A stretch of DNA of 61,746 bases, filler included, from Choristocarpus tenellus KU-1152 (lineage: Eukaryota; Protista; Phaeophyceae), in the NCBI GenBank assembly GCA_964200185.2. It is 9 parts of 9 records of this genome, joined end to end, with 100 filler letters (N's around TTAATTAATTAA, not from the genome) between each part and the next. Parts side by side here need not be neighbours in the genome. Positions count along the whole stretch, not along the records: positions 1 to 16,895 come from CAXNAD020000749.1; 8 more parts are not named here. One strand, given 5' to 3'. Numbering within the stretch: position 1 is the first letter of the stretch; every line of letters begins with the position of its first letter. Positions 1 to 13,700 of the stretch are shown piece by piece. A program made the translations under genes and the position numbers. Below the pieces are notes generated by a model. The model worked only from the letters and a program-made list of their open reading frames with translations, did not search any database and had not been told where the DNA came from.

Positions 1-370
1 TTCCCCCCCCCACCGAAGACCTGTCTGGTGGCCTCGTGTGTTTGTTGTGTTTTCTCTCTTTTCCCCCCCCCCCCCCCCCCCCCCCCACCCCATTCAGTTC
101 TTTTGAGAAGTTGAGATCTACCCTTTCGAAAATGGATTAGACCCAATTGGTACAACAAGATGCAGAAAGAGGTTTCTCCAGGGAAGGAGACTTGGTGATT
201 GACTCAAGTGCTCATGTTTTAAGCAAGCTTTACCATACTCTACGACGTAGACATGTGCACCCTCCTCCTTGTTCTCTGCTGGTTTGGGGTGCATCCCTTC
301 CTTGCTTCGTGTGTGTCCGTGTGCCTTTGCACTATGCCCTTGCCCTGCGCCTGGACACATATGTACAAAG

Positions 371-2397
371 ACATGGCGTCATGCATACGAAAAGCAGATA
401 CAGGAGACGGAGAAGTTGAAGGGGGCAGGGGGAGAGGCGGTGCTTGCCGCCCAGTGGCGCCAGCGGTATGAGAAGCTGAGTGTTGAAAAGGTGAGAAAAA
501 TGAAAGTTTGGGGAGGGCCCGGGGGGGGGGGCAAGAACCTGTTCCCGGATGGTATGGAGCGTGCTCCTCGCGAGTGAAGGATAGTTGCAGCCTTAGTGAG
601 AACCAAGAGAAAGGGGGCTTGTAATGTGATACATAGGACCCACAGGCAATCGGGTAATTTGATCATTTTTTCTGCTGTTAAGGGCTCTGTGAGCAAGCAG
701 TGCAACTGGTTGATTCAAGTATTCCCGTAAGCTGTCATTGGCTCATCAATGTTGGCAGAGAACAGTTGTGATGATGTGCATAGGACAAAGTATTTCTAGA
801 CTAGGAGCTATGCTTAAGGTTCTGGTGCTCAATGCTCTGGCAGGTGTTGTGTTTGTCCACATGTGAATATATGTTCTTTCAGTAGATTAACATGGATTCT
901 CAGATAGGAAAGGTTGATTGGCAGAGCAACAACATAAAATGACCCAAAGCATTTAAGAGAGTAGGAGTTTTGCCTTGCTTGTCCGTTTGGGGCTTGGCTT
1001 CCCACATGTGTTTATGCCCTTTTTCAGTTTTCTGTGTGAACACAGTTACCTAAAAGGTATACGACTATGAAAGGAGTGTCTGGAGCAAGGATATTTACAC
1101 ATGCTAACAAAGATGATAGCCAAAAGTAATCAAAATGGCAACATTGGATTTATGACCCCGAATGGACATGGTCCTACCCTCCTAAATACTTTGAATCAAT
1201 AACTGATGCATCTGCGTGCACTTTGCAAGATGATTATGTGTACCTTTGGTTGCCATGAATATCCAATAGGATGGGTGCGCTTGGTCCACCGCAGTGCCTC
1301 ACCATTTGCAAGCATGTGACTTATCCACCCCCACAGATTTGATCTGTGATTAGACCCTCCCTGACTCTCCACGTTTGTATCTGTACTATATCATGTGAAG
1401 TTGGTAGGTGATTAGTCAAGGGGCTGTGTGGTGATATGTTTGAAATGGTACTTTCATGCTCTTTCCACCTGCCAAAGTATCGATTTCTTGGGTGGTGGAA
1501 TTTTCTGAGGTACTTCCCCCATTTAAGTGCTGACTACTACAATCCACTTCCACTCCTGGTATGTGAATATAACACTTCAGGCTGATGCTGTGGCCAAGCT
1601 TGACATGCTACGGCCAGGTGGAGGGTCAGGCACTGGTGGCATGGGCGAGCAGGGAGAGGTGGTTGCGTCACTGATGCAACGGTATCAGGACTTGAAGGAG
1701 GAATACAAGATGTACCGCAAGAAGGCCATGCACGCCATACAGGTACCTATTGACAATAACGCCATCGTATCTTTCAGGAATATCTGACCTCCCCTTCCCA
1801 TCTCATTTTGAGTTCTCGTCCTCGTAGAGAATTCGGTGTTAACACATGAGGGGGGTGACCCAGGGTGATGATGGTTGTACTACTGGATAGATTGTCATTG
1901 CTGTCTGTAACCCCATTTGTGATGTGTACCTTCAGTACATGTTTGTTGTCCACATTTCGACAGGATGAATGATCTTAGAGTTACTGGAAACTTTCCTTGT
2001 GTTTCCGATTGACACTGACTGCACCAACAACCTAGCACCTCAGAAGCGATGCTCATTGCCCCCTGTTGCTTGTGTGTATTACACCGTGGTCGTGACATCT
2101 CAGGCTAGCGGGGGAGGGGATGGTGATAATGGCTCCGGGCGGGACATCCCTAACCCTAAACTAGAGTACCTGAAGAATCTGATGGTCAAATATCTCGAGA
2201 CAGATGAGGGGGAGGTTCGTGAACAAATGGAACGTGCCATTGCCACTGTTTTGCAGTTCTCAGAGTCTGAGCGACAGGCCTTAAGAGAAAAGCGGCAGGC
2301 GCAAACAGCTGCGTGGATGGCTAACTTTACGGGCATGTTTGGGGGGGGGGCTGGAGCAGGACCATCTGGAGGTGGAGGAGGAGGACAAAAGGGATAG
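371..2397 (+). CDS. GRIP-domain coiled-coil golgin, last three exons (5' partial)
   Basis: Exons ~371..490 (acceptor could also be 398 or 404), 1581..1742 and 2104..2397 join in frame across phase-0 GT-AG introns. The last exon encodes KLEYLKNLMVKYLETDEGEVREQMERAIATVLQFSESE, a GRIP signature (EYLKN...IATVLQFS), preceded by coiled-coil segments. Confidence 0.88.
941..1197 (+). mobile_element. MITE family A, diverged copy in golgin intron
   Basis: Matches the other family A copies (GTTTGGGGCTTGGCTTCCC...CAACATTGGATTT...TACCCTC..AATACTTTGA). Flanks AAT/AAT (3-bp TSD). Confidence 0.8.
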
Positions 2398-5266
2398 GGT
2401 CCTCCCTCCTGCAGCAGTGGTAGATCTTTTTCCTAGTATAGGGCGGTTCTTGTGTAAATGAAATGTGGCCCTTTCTCAGCTACAATATTTTTTGCTTGTG
2501 TGATACCCGAGAGTCACATTCGAGAAAGCAGTGTATAGCTGCATGGTGTAATTTATCTGCAGGTGGATACAATCCCCTTCTATTGTGGTCTTTGGTGTGT
2601 AAAGCCGATTCTGTGAGAGGCATGCAGGACTGAATCTTATTTTTATTTTGTTTTTATCACGAGGTTCGCTTGCTTCGATAATGTCACTCTGACGATCAGA
2701 GACGACAAGCTCAGAATAATGAACAAGGCAGGCAGGCAGCAAACCTTCTAATATCAGCTATGCCCAAGTGAGTAATATTTTTGATAAGTAATAAACTTGG
2801 AGCCCCAAATGTGGTAATGCTATGCCTTCCCTTCCTATCAACTAAATGTTACATCATACAAGAGTTACTGCTCAATTTTCTACCTGGAGTAGTGTTTTGG
2901 GTATGTAACCTTGTTCCAAGTGAAATGTTGTTCAGCTTTACAGTAGGCAGATTCGAAAGATGTACTATTGAAAGGCAGTATGTAAATATAGTAGCATATC
3001 AGCACAATTGGACTTTTCTTATTGTTCCTTACTTTGACGCTGAGACCAGGGAGTAAACATTTGAAGGGAGGCATACGCCTGTATTTCTACGCCCTTTGAC
3101 TTCTCCAACACACATTATTGGAAAGTGTTTGAAGAATGGCATGACTGTACTTGAAGTAGCATCTGAAATGGTGATTATACAAAGGTAAGTTTCAAGTTTG
3201 ATCATCGCAAATACTCACTCAAGAATAGGAATGCAAATATGCACTCCCTTGATGAGTGATCTTTCTTTCTGACAACTTGTTGCTGCACCTTTCCACCTCC
3301 TATTACACTTTATACTAGAACGAGTAAAGACTGTTGGAGCTGTCATCAGGTGCCTCAGTGCGAATGATAGGCACACGTAAGGTTAACGCTTGTGTCCTTT
3401 GTGAGTATGTGCTTATTGTAGTGCCACGCATGTACACATGATGCAGACCAGGCAGGAAGTCACCTTCAACCAATGGGTAGTGACACAACACACCTTAAGG
3501 CGAGGTGACATTTTGGAACTGGTGTGGGGTATGGTCAACCTTGTGAACCTAGACTTGAATAGAAGTGTATCTTAAGGTCACAAGCTATCCGCTATCCATC
3601 ATGCATGTATTTGTGTGGACCATGAGCAAAAAAAATCAAACTTTGCTGTTGTACTTGAACCGAGTAACTGTAAGCAAGAGTAATTAATTGAAATCCTGCT
3701 CAATGCAAAGCGAAACTCACGGGTTAGCTTTAAGGGAGGTTATAGGGCGGTGCTGTCTTGTTTCCTCAATAAATCGCGTCCCCTGAGTCTTGGCGTTGGG
3801 TTCCTTGCTTGATGCTCCGACATCATCTCGTTCGTATTATGTACAGTGCATACCAGGAACGTAGGTGATACAGAAATACTGTGCAGGGTTCGCTCACTTG
3901 TACATCCGTAGTTAGGCTGTTTTTGTTACTATGTCACTTACGATAGCTATAGGATTTTGCACACCTTGCAATGACCTCGTAGACCCCCAACTCTCAGCTG
4001 ATAGTTATCCAGATTGGATATCTATACATATATTGTACATATGAATTGGTTGTATACCATGAATACCTATGGTTATTGTGTCTTCGCTCCCAGTACACAC
4101 CATACACATCTAGTTGGTGTGGTGATTCGCGCCACAGAAATCAGAGAAGTGCGTGTTTTGTAGATTGAGCTTTACTAATGATCATCTGTTCGTATAGATG
4201 GGGTGAACCATTGAGTTTTGTGTATGACAGACCTTACGTTTAAGTTCCAAGAAAAAAGTCAGTAGCATAGTAATAGAGTCAGGCCTTTGCCATTTGTCGT
4301 AAGAGAACTGGGTCGCGAAAATATTTCGCTCGGCATATTACTGTCTTACCTTACGCAACAGTCAGCGTTCCTCTTTCAAGCAGTCATTATGTCGCCCCAA
4401 ATAAGGTACAAGTTAACAGTTGTAACTACTGCAGGGCTTGTCCAGGGCAAAGCACTTACTTTTCTACATGGATTATACTCGCCAATACCCGGTACTTACT
4501 ACCGCCACACCCGACCAAATCTCGAGAGTAGTTCAACTTGTTTTTACTTTTATGGGGGGATTTATGTGACAACAGGGTAATGACACAAAATGTGGCATTA
4601 GTACTATTTACAGTAATTGTATGTATTTTTGGTGGTGGGAACTGGTTGGGGCTGAATTGGAGTTGTTTTCTACTGCCGCTAAATGGTGAGGATTGCAAGC
4701 ATTAGCCTTGCCAAGGTGGGAGGTCTGCAAGGGTATCCATTAGACTATTTTGTAGGCCTGTGGATTTCAGAAGTGATTCCTAGTAGTAGTGCAACTAATT
4801 AATTATGTTTGTGGAACACTATGGCAGTAACATTCATTGCACGGGTACGTTTGTGAGAGAAAAATGTAACGAGAAGAAAGATAACGAGCAGGAAGCCAAA
4901 GATAAAGGATGGATGCTGGAAAGTAAACCTCTGGGAGCGAGTAGGAAGTGCGCTTTCACAATGAATTGCAAGGGAAGCGAGGACAGCAAAGAGAGGACCC
5001 CTCAGAAAGGGCGGGTAACATCACACTACCATTCGAAATATTGCTGCTGTATATCAGCAATAGTTGGATTGAGGGATGGGAAGTTGTGTCATCATGTAGC
5101 CTTCACCTAACCTTCCTTTAATCTCGTGTACTTTATCATGATAAACTTAATACACTTCTCATTTCCGAGTAGCCATTCACCCTCCCCCACCTTCCAACCT
5201 ATACATGTTGGAACCCCTGTCCTCTCATGTGCGTTCTCACTAGTGTATTGTTGTTGAACATTAGTA

Positions 5267-7051
5267 CATGTCGGGCAAATCACATCTGATTTGTGGCGTA
5301 CAAATCAATTTCCGATAAAACAATGGTCGTTCCTGACATAAATCTGAGTTATGCATGTTGGGGCACATCCGGACAAATCAAAGATCTACGAATTAATCCT
5401 TTCATTTGTGAAACTGGATCATTGGTACTCATTAATATTTCTGAGAAATGGTGTGGGACAAATCTACCAAAACAAAATGCGATGTTGACAAATCAACACA
5501 ACGTGATTTGTACAACTTGTACTTACAACAAAAAACCATTGTGGAGGGATTCAAAACAATGTACTGTACTACAAACCTTTTGTAGCATATTTTGTAGATA
5601 GATAGGAGAGTGGTACGTACATTATATATTATTATACCCTCTCACATTTTGGAGATGCGTTAGTTTTAACCTCAACCCTTCATGGTGGAAATTTTTGAGC
5701 ACCTCGGTAACCAAGCAGGAAATTTCCTGAATGAGTTGGCTATACATGCAGTGGGGAGGAGAGGGGCGGGAGGTCATAGCAGGAAAGGGGTTGTCAAATC
5801 CCGCTTACGACAAATAGTGTCCGTCACTACACAAGTGAGTCTCTCGAGACGTGTCACATGTTTCAAGCTCGAGATATCAGGCAGATGGGCAAGAAGGGGC
5901 CTGTCTGATTCTTGGGATGCTTCCCTAGGTCCTCGCCCAGATATGTACGGCTGAGATAGGTTGGAGGCATAGCAGCAATGTACACATAACGTAGTAGTGA
6001 TGACCAACCTTTCTTTTAAGGAAAGTTGTGGTTATAATTGGTATTCAAATTGTAATCAGTTTTTGAGAGATATCTTCCACATTTGGGACAACTGTTGCCT
6101 TGACGAGGGTACTTGCTTTATTTTGTTTGACTTTTCCCCTGACACACCTACAAATATTCCTAAATGTTTTCATAGACAGCTGAGTCGTACGACAAATATT
6201 TGTACACGTTCTCGTAGATAGATGGGGGAGTGGTACGAGAAATATTTGTACATGATTTGCAGAGGATAAGTCGTACAGACAAATATTTGTACATGCTTTC
6301 AACACAGGAGTGGTGGTACCAAGAGGCACATGCAACCACTCACCACCAGTATATGGAATAATACATCTTTTCGACTTACTACAGTTAAGGGAAAACAACA
6401 TGACACTATACAGATGTCATGTTACCCTACCAGAGCTTCCACGCTGTCTTAGTTTGTAAGGGGGGTTATATTTTTTTACGCTATGCATGGAACAAGGGAA
6501 CGAAGTACTACTGAATAAAATTGCAGTAGAAGTAAATTAAGATTTGTGCCCTAATATTCTTTCTTACAAAATTTCAACACTATATGATTTGAACACAATT
6601 GTTCTTTCCTAATAATCACAACAGATTATTTGTACCAGATTGTTCTTTGCTAGTAGACGACAACATAAGAGTTGTACACGATTGTTCTTCTCATTATAGC
6701 ACAACATAAGATTTGTCTGAAAGATGAGGTAGGGACAGATCATTAACACAATTGTCTTCTATCAACACATAGGGACAATCATTTGTACATGCTGATGAAA
6801 TGGTGAGTAGTATCTACAATCAAGTCATGCGTACATGGTAACAAAGAAAAATCGACAAATCGTGGTTTGTACATCGTTCCTCCACATTGAGTTGTACTCA
6901 GTACATGATTTGTGGTACAAATTCCTGTGTGGAAATGATTTGTACATCTTTACCACTCCTTCAACCTTCAGAAGAAGAGATTTTTGTATACACATTTTTT
7001 TCTGCTATTTTCTGAAGCATAAATGAGTCAGATCATGGTGTGTCTGACGTG
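5267..7051. mobile_element. Putative non-autonomous DNA transposon rich in ACAAAT/ATTTGT motifs
   Basis: Degenerate terminal inverted repeats (CATGTCGGGCAAATCACATCTGA vs reverse complement of TCAGATCATGGTGTGTCTGACGTG). Dense (G/T)ACAAAT / ATTTGTAC motifs at 5275-5600 and 6140-7000. Confidence 0.45.
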
Positions 7052-7385
7052 TTAATATTTTTCTTTACTTTGATTTGTGGCTCCTGTATTCGCATCGTCA
7101 CATGTTCAGCTCTTAAAGGTCATGGCCTTTTCTCATAAATATTTTATTCCAGATCTAACGTGTGGTTCTCCTCGAGATGATATGCACCTACCACATGTTG
7201 CTCCCTTTCCTTTTTTCAACCCCTTTCGTTGAGTCTACAATTGGACCTCTAGTTACTACCTTCTCAATCTTCTCACATCTGTCAAGACTCGTTCTTACAA
7301 TCCACCATGCTGGAGAAAAATAATATATTCCTTCCACTCCTGCCCCAAGACTTCACATAAACTATCGCAGAGATCATTAATGGTA

Positions 7386-7639
7386 GAGGAAAACGAATTG
7401 AGAGGTAGGGTTGCATTTCAAGGATCCCGAGACAGGGCAGAAAGAAGTCATTTTGTACAATTGTAGAAATAATATTTCCTTATTTGTGGCGTCACATTAT
7501 GTGTGAAAGGGAGGATATCAATTTTGCTTACACCATTGTGCATGTATAGCAATGAAATAGAGTGTATTACAGAGGGAAATAAAGATGACTTAGAATGCAG
7601 AAGGGTTCAAAGATGCCTACATTTCAATTCGTTTCGCTC
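7386..7639 (+). mobile_element. MITE family C copy
   Basis: Internal sequence shared with 22102..22360 and 59658..59915 (AATTGAGAGGT, GGGTTGCATTT, TAGCAATGAAATAGAGTG, CTTAGAATGCA). Degenerate GAG..CTC termini. Confidence 0.8.
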
Positions 7640-8099
7640 AGGTACATATAGCAATTTTGACGGATATAAACATATGCTCTTGAAAGCAGGAAAGGGATAA
7701 GGTGCACTTTCCTCCATCCATGTATTTTGGTGTACTAGGCATAGTATAGTTGGAGGTAGTAATCATAGCCTTTTCACACTAATTCAAAATGCAAAGTAGG
7801 CACACTTAGTAATATTTGGGAGATTGTATGTAGTGTGTGAACAGGAATTGTGTGAGACTCGTAACCAATTTAGAACATTCAAAGGTTGTGACGAAGTGGT
7901 CCCTAGAGGAATGCCACTCTGACATTGTTCTCACATTCGGACGATGTTCATGGAGTTGCTGATCAGGCTTCGGATGAGTTTGCATGTAGTTGAAGATGCA
8001 ATGAGAGGAATCCTATGCTCTGTGAGAATTGTTTTGCTGAAGTATCCCGCACTGGAGCCGCAGTTCAGTGGATCTATGAATATACAATAAATTGTTGTT

Positions 8100-8200
8100 C
8101 CAGGGGGTTTGTGATCTCTATTCTATTGACTGAAGCAGTTGGGGCGAGACAGATGTATGCTACCATGTGGGATTGCAATATCCACGTGGATAACTAGAAA
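8100..8200 (-). repeat. Dispersed repeat shared with 54080..54170
   Basis: Reverse complement TTATCCACGTGGATATTGCAATCCCACATGGTAG...TCAGTCAATAGAATAGAGATCACAAA resembles TTATCCATGTGGACGTTGCAAATCCCACATGGTAG...TCAGTCAGCGGAATCGAGACCACAAA. Confidence 0.65.
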
Positions 8201-8340
8201 ATAATACTACCACTGGATCACAAGCACCATGTCATACATGAACGGATAATCCAATACCAGGTCCCTACAACAATTGATCTGGGGGTAGGACTAAACTCGA
8301 AAGAAATATAAATACATAACTATACCTCTCCTTATCTACT

Positions 8341-8519
8341 GACCCAACGTATCTGGGGGGGGGGGGGGGATCTACCCCAGAAAGCCCATTTGGCCAAAAC
8401 CAGGAAAAATGCACTTTTATTTTCCATAAAACGTAAGGAACCAAATCACCCAATTATCGAGACATGAAAAAATTGCTCCCAAATGGACAGCCGCCACCCC
8501 CTCCCAGATACTTTGAGCC
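8341..8519 (-). mobile_element. MITE family B copy
   Basis: TIRs GACCCAACGTATCTGGGG / CCCAGATACTTTGAGCC; flanks ACT/ACT. Confidence 0.88.
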
Positions 8520-8634
8520 ACTCCACCGATGTGTATCTATATAACGTATCAGCACCACTATCTACAAACATGTTCTACGTTGTTCCTTGGTCAAGGACGC
8601 AATACGAAACAAAAGGATGTGACTTGTAGCGTTA

Positions 8635-8893
8635 GAGTGAAAGTATCTTAGAGGGTACGAATTTTGCCCTATTTGTCCATTTGGGGCTTGGCTTCCCATG
8701 GGCATTTAATGACATTTTACCTACTCCTAAATGTTTAGGAGTATGTAAAATGTGTAAAACTATGAACCGGTTTGTCGGAACAAGGATATTGACACTTCCT
8801 AAAGAGCATGATTGCCAAAATTACATCAAAATCGCAACATTGGATATTGGCCACCATACGGACGCGGCTCTACCCTCTAAGATACTTTGACTC
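8635..8893 (+). mobile_element. MITE family A copy
   Basis: TIRs GAGTGAAAGTATCTTAGAGGGTA / TACCCTCTAAGATACTTTGACTC; flanks GTTA/ATTA. Confidence 0.92.
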
Positions 8894-9257
8894 ATTATAT
8901 TATTCTGCTAAATACGAGAATGAATGAAGAAAAAATGTGCAAGATGTGTGTCTGTCTTTAATCAGGATTCTTATCTGGTAAGAATCAGATTTAATGGGAT
9001 ATTTTCTGCCAACTGTCAGTCATGGATGGCCCTATTCTTTGTCTATCAACGATCATGTGTGCATGATTTGTTGACGAACGATTATGTCATACTCCTGCTG
9101 CCAGTGCCATGGATGCAAGCATGGGCCATCGTACATGTGCTGTGCTGTGAGGCGTCATGTGTCTATCTTTCATAGTGGAAAAAGACAATTATTATCACGA
9201 TACACAAGAATCTTATCCAGACCTTGTTGGCCACCTCATAGTGTTAGTAGGAGCAGT

Positions 9258-9438
9258 GGTCTAGAGTATCTGGAGGGGGGTGGCGGCTGTCCATTTGGGG
9301 GCAATTTTTTTATTTCGTGATTTTTGGGTGATTTGGTTGCACACATCGCATGGATAATTGTAAATGTACTTTTCCTGATTTTTTACCCAAATGGACACCC
9401 TGGTGTAGGCCCCCCTCCCCCCCCAGATACTTTGGGTC
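9258..9438 (+). mobile_element. MITE family B copy
   Basis: TIRs GGTCTAGAGTATCTGGAGG / CCCCAGATACTTTGGGTC; flanks AGT/AGT. Opposite orientation to 8341..8519. Confidence 0.88.
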
Positions 9439-9812
9439 AGTAGTAGTGGTAGTAGGAGTAGTGTAGTTCTAACCAGGTTGGAGGGTGTTTGGGTGAAGTG
9501 CTTTAACTGTGTGTACTGCTATATCACCGCGTGGTATCTGATTTTTACATATGCTAAGCCAGAAGTATCACCCTAAATTTGTTTTGATAGCCTTGGGAAG
9601 ACCCCTAAAGTGAATATTCAGAGAAAATGTAGTAAGTGTAGGCGAAGGGAGATCTATGCGACAGTAACAACACCAAGTCCCAGTACCCTGTCAAAAGGGG
9701 ATATGTTGGCAGCAATTGGCATCCACCTCATTCTTAGGCTCCTGCACTTCAAGAATACCAAGGCCCTAGACCTGAGTTGGACTGTTGAAGAGGAGGTTCA
9801 AAGAAGGGTGTT

Positions 9813-10071
9813 GAGTGTAAGTATCTTAGAGGGTACGAGTTTTGCCCTGTTTGTCCGTCTGGGGCTTGGCTTCCCAAGGGTTTTTTGTATGACTTTTGCC
9901 CAGTCCGAAATGTTTCGGTGTAGGTAAAATGTATACGATACGAAAAGTTGTGTCTGGAACAAGGATATTGACACTACCTAACAAAAACGAAAGCCAAAAT
10001 TACATCAAAATCGCAACATTGGATTTTGGTCCCAAATGGACGCGGCTTTGCCCTCTAAGGTAATTTGACTT
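9813..10071 (+). mobile_element. MITE family A copy
   Basis: Family A TIRs and internal sequence; 4-bp TSD TGTT/TGTT. Confidence 0.92.
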
Positions 10072-10734
10072 TGTTTATTTGCCTGTGTACTGAGGTGGAA
10101 ATATTTTGCCTCGATGCTTCTCTTGACCGCCACCAACCCCCAGAACTACACACTTTCGCTGAGTAGGGTGGCAAGTATGGAAGAGTTCATATATCCATCA
10201 GCAGGCCATCAGGACTTCCTCCTGTTTCTCTTTCCACGCCAAAAAATTGTAGTAGTAGTAGAGGATCAATTTGACTTCTTCCACGATATTGGGATGACCA
10301 CACATCATTGTAGACGCGTTTAGTGAGTGCGGAACTCCGAGAAGAAGAACGAGGGCTCAGACAAGCAAGGTCGGGCAACACGTTGTCTCAACCTTGGTCG
10401 CAAAATATATCTAGAAATAGGAAGGCTGTTTTGAGTATTACAAAAGTTGGTATAAATTTAACATAGTTTTCATACACCTCTGATGGCGTTGTTGATAAGG
10501 ACATACCACCATTATCGATTTGGACACCGACTCTTGAAACACACACTATTGCACCTACAAGTACGACAAGGAATACCACGCATCCATCCTTCTATTGTGT
10601 GAATTCTGGGGAGAGAGGGGTGATAGTTCCGCACCATATTAAACTTTCTGTCCCATATCTCTCAAATGTTACGGAGAGCATAGAAGTTGCAATTTGATCT
10701 GTGTACAAGTGATGACCTCTATCACTTGTCGGCT

Positions 10735-13700
10735 ATGGTCTTCAGTCGTTACACGATGCCCATCCGCCTCCAACTAGCTGCCAAGCACCTTGCTTCTAGG
10801 CATGAACTCCAACCACCAGTAGATGCTTGCCCGCAAAGGGGTAGGGAAAGACGACCTCACAAGCCCTTCAACGCAATCCGAAGCAGCTATTACCTCGCTC
10901 TTGTGGCCACTGTGCTCCTGTCTCCAGCCTCGCGATCTACCCTCGCCGAAGGAGCCACCCCAAAAGGCCACAGGCACGAGTCAAATGTGCAATTGGAGCA
11001 TGTACAGGTAGCTGGTGTAGAGCAGGTATGGGGTGACCCTGGGAGTGAGAAGGGTTTATTTGCACACGAGATGGCGTCGTGGCTAGATAATGCGGCCGAG
11101 ATTCATATAATGGTGGAAATTATTCTGGTAGGTTTCAGTGGAGATGGGCGGAGTGGGATCAAGTTGGATGTGGGGATGCTGTCATCCCACCTGGATGGAC
11201 TGGCTGGACGTGGGGGAAATCAGGGGAAGGCAAGACGAAGGGGCACCTCCATCATGATGGTATGTCTGATCCATTGGTCTAGGGTATATTGGGCATGTAT
11301 TCTTATTCTCCTGTACCTTTGTCAGATACCATGTAGTATTATTGATCTTGATCTGTTATGCTCCCTTCAATGCAAAGACCACGCGGCCAGCCCTTTTTTG
11401 TCACGAATATTTCGTAGAGGGGCCAGGGGACATTAAGCATCAATAGGCATCGCGTTATTTTTTTTCGCCGTCTACATTCTTGAGCTTCCTGGAAATCTTC
11501 ATGATTACGTTTCCATGGGGCAAACAACTCTCACATCAAACAAGGGAAATTTCTTCAACCTGATCTTGCGTCATCAGCGGTTGTATCACCAACAGACTCC
11601 TGGAATGGGTAGCTTTTCCATTCAGCAGTGGTTGGCTGTCAGTTGAACATCTAATGAAGACAAGCTTGTGATTTTGAGCACAATTTAAAGCTCTTATTAG
11701 CACACCCTTTGCCACACACTCTGGTATATTATCATAAACACAAAGAATTACTGCATCTGACCAAACACATCAAGATTTGTTGGCACCAGAGCTCTTAGAG
11801 CATGTGTCCTCTGCTCCCTGTCAATCCTGCCCTGCTTTGAGACCTACCTCTGCACATACCCCACAGGTGGACCAAGCCCAAGAGAATCAAGCCCAGTCCC
11901 TTGGAATACGTGAAGAAATTCTCTACCACGTCTCTGTGGGACACCCAACACTGGCCAAGACCCTATCTGAGGTGTTGACCTCTGCTATTACCAATAATTC
12001 TAGACATGACAGTGCTGTAGAGGATGGCACTGGGCCTGGTGTGGGAGTCCCGGCATCAGCAGTGGACAATGCAATACGTCAGCAGCACCACAGCGGTAGT
12101 GCCTCCTACAGCCTGTATATCCTACACCCTGATGTGAAGAGGAAGTACTGGTACGTTCATGAAGGTGCCACTCCAACTGACACAACCAATAGGGGGCATG
12201 GAAACGTAGAGGCTGGAGTGCACCCAGTGTTCCCAGAGGACTGTGCTTTTGTAGGGTGGGTGGGGAAGCAGGAGCGTTATGTTTGGCTTGACCTAGGGGC
12301 AGTGCCTTTTTCTTGGGGGCCCCGGACAAGGGCGAAAGGGTTCATCACTCCAAACACCTTCCCAGATGTAGATGCTGTGATGAAGAGGTCTAGAACCAGG
12401 ACTAGGGAGACTGGGGTTATGTCACTATACCCAGAGCTTGCTGCACTGGCATACCGAACAGCCTCCCAACTCATGGTACCACCGTTGCTGTTTACCCCAG
12501 GAGGAATGGCACCAGGGTTTGCACCACTCTCATCCAGGGCTTGGGCAAAGACTGGTAGCAAGGGAGAGAAACTTGTGGAAAGTGTGCTTGTCCACCTGTT
12601 CTTGGTATGTGATACTAACACTTGTGACAAGAAGGAGGTGGATGCATGGGGAGGGCTGCAAGATTGGCTCCAAGAGCCAGCGGATTCAGCAGCTGCAACT
12701 GGGTCCAGCCCTGGAGGAAGGGGTGTGAACCTCTATCCACATGTTTCTGTGAAGGTTGAGACTGTGGAGGTGCTGGGGACACCTGTGCTGGCAACAGGCC
12801 TGCAACAGTCCCTTCGCTCAAGCCACGGGGAACCCTTTGCCCCACCAGGTGCAATGTCTCTGGAATCGACAGAACTTCGTCACTGGTTGAGGCGATTTTT
12901 GGAGGGCAGGGTGCCAAAGAAAAGGTCCCGAGAAGGGGCAAAGATGGAGGCACAAAGGCAGGGTAATTTTTGGCGCATTGTGCCAGTGTTTATCTTTAGT
13001 TTAGATGCAACTACACCTCTGCTGCTTGACCATGCTACACGTTCTGCTGCCTTCCCAGACATGGTGATATCAGTCAAGACCCGGGCAGGTCCCAACCTCA
13101 CCGCTTTTACCTGTGGTGGACAACCGGTCATGGACAGGAGCATCAGAGGTGATGATCCCACTGGAGGTATTCTGAGACCCACGTTAGCCTCGCTCGCACA
13201 AGTTATGTGGGGTGCGCGACCACGCCCTCTTTCATGGGATACCACTGCAGGAGGTGATGAGGATGGAACCTCCACAACGGATTACCTCTGGTCCACAGGT
13301 GCAAGCCTCGATACTCCACTGTCATCCCATATCATACCTTCTTTCCCTGAGCGTGACGCCTATCCCCGATCCCTGATCTTGTGGAGGGTAGGGGCTGCTG
13401 TACGCTCTGCTAGAGAAATTCTAGTGGAAGTGGCTGAAGCTGAGCCAAATTTATCCCAGGTGTTGGACCTACACAAAAATGCTCAAGCTATTGATTGCTG
13501 GCTTTGGCTAACAAGACATCTGGACCAGTGCCTTAATAGCCTTGCTCTGCACAACTTTGATCGGGCCAGTGATCTCGCTGGGGCACTGGAGGCCAAGGTT
13601 GAAGATTTCAGGGATGTACTTAAGCAGGGCTACAGCATTGTACCAGCTGGGGCAATCAGAGTGTCTTGTACAGGGCCAGCAGAGAGAGGTGTGGAAAAGG

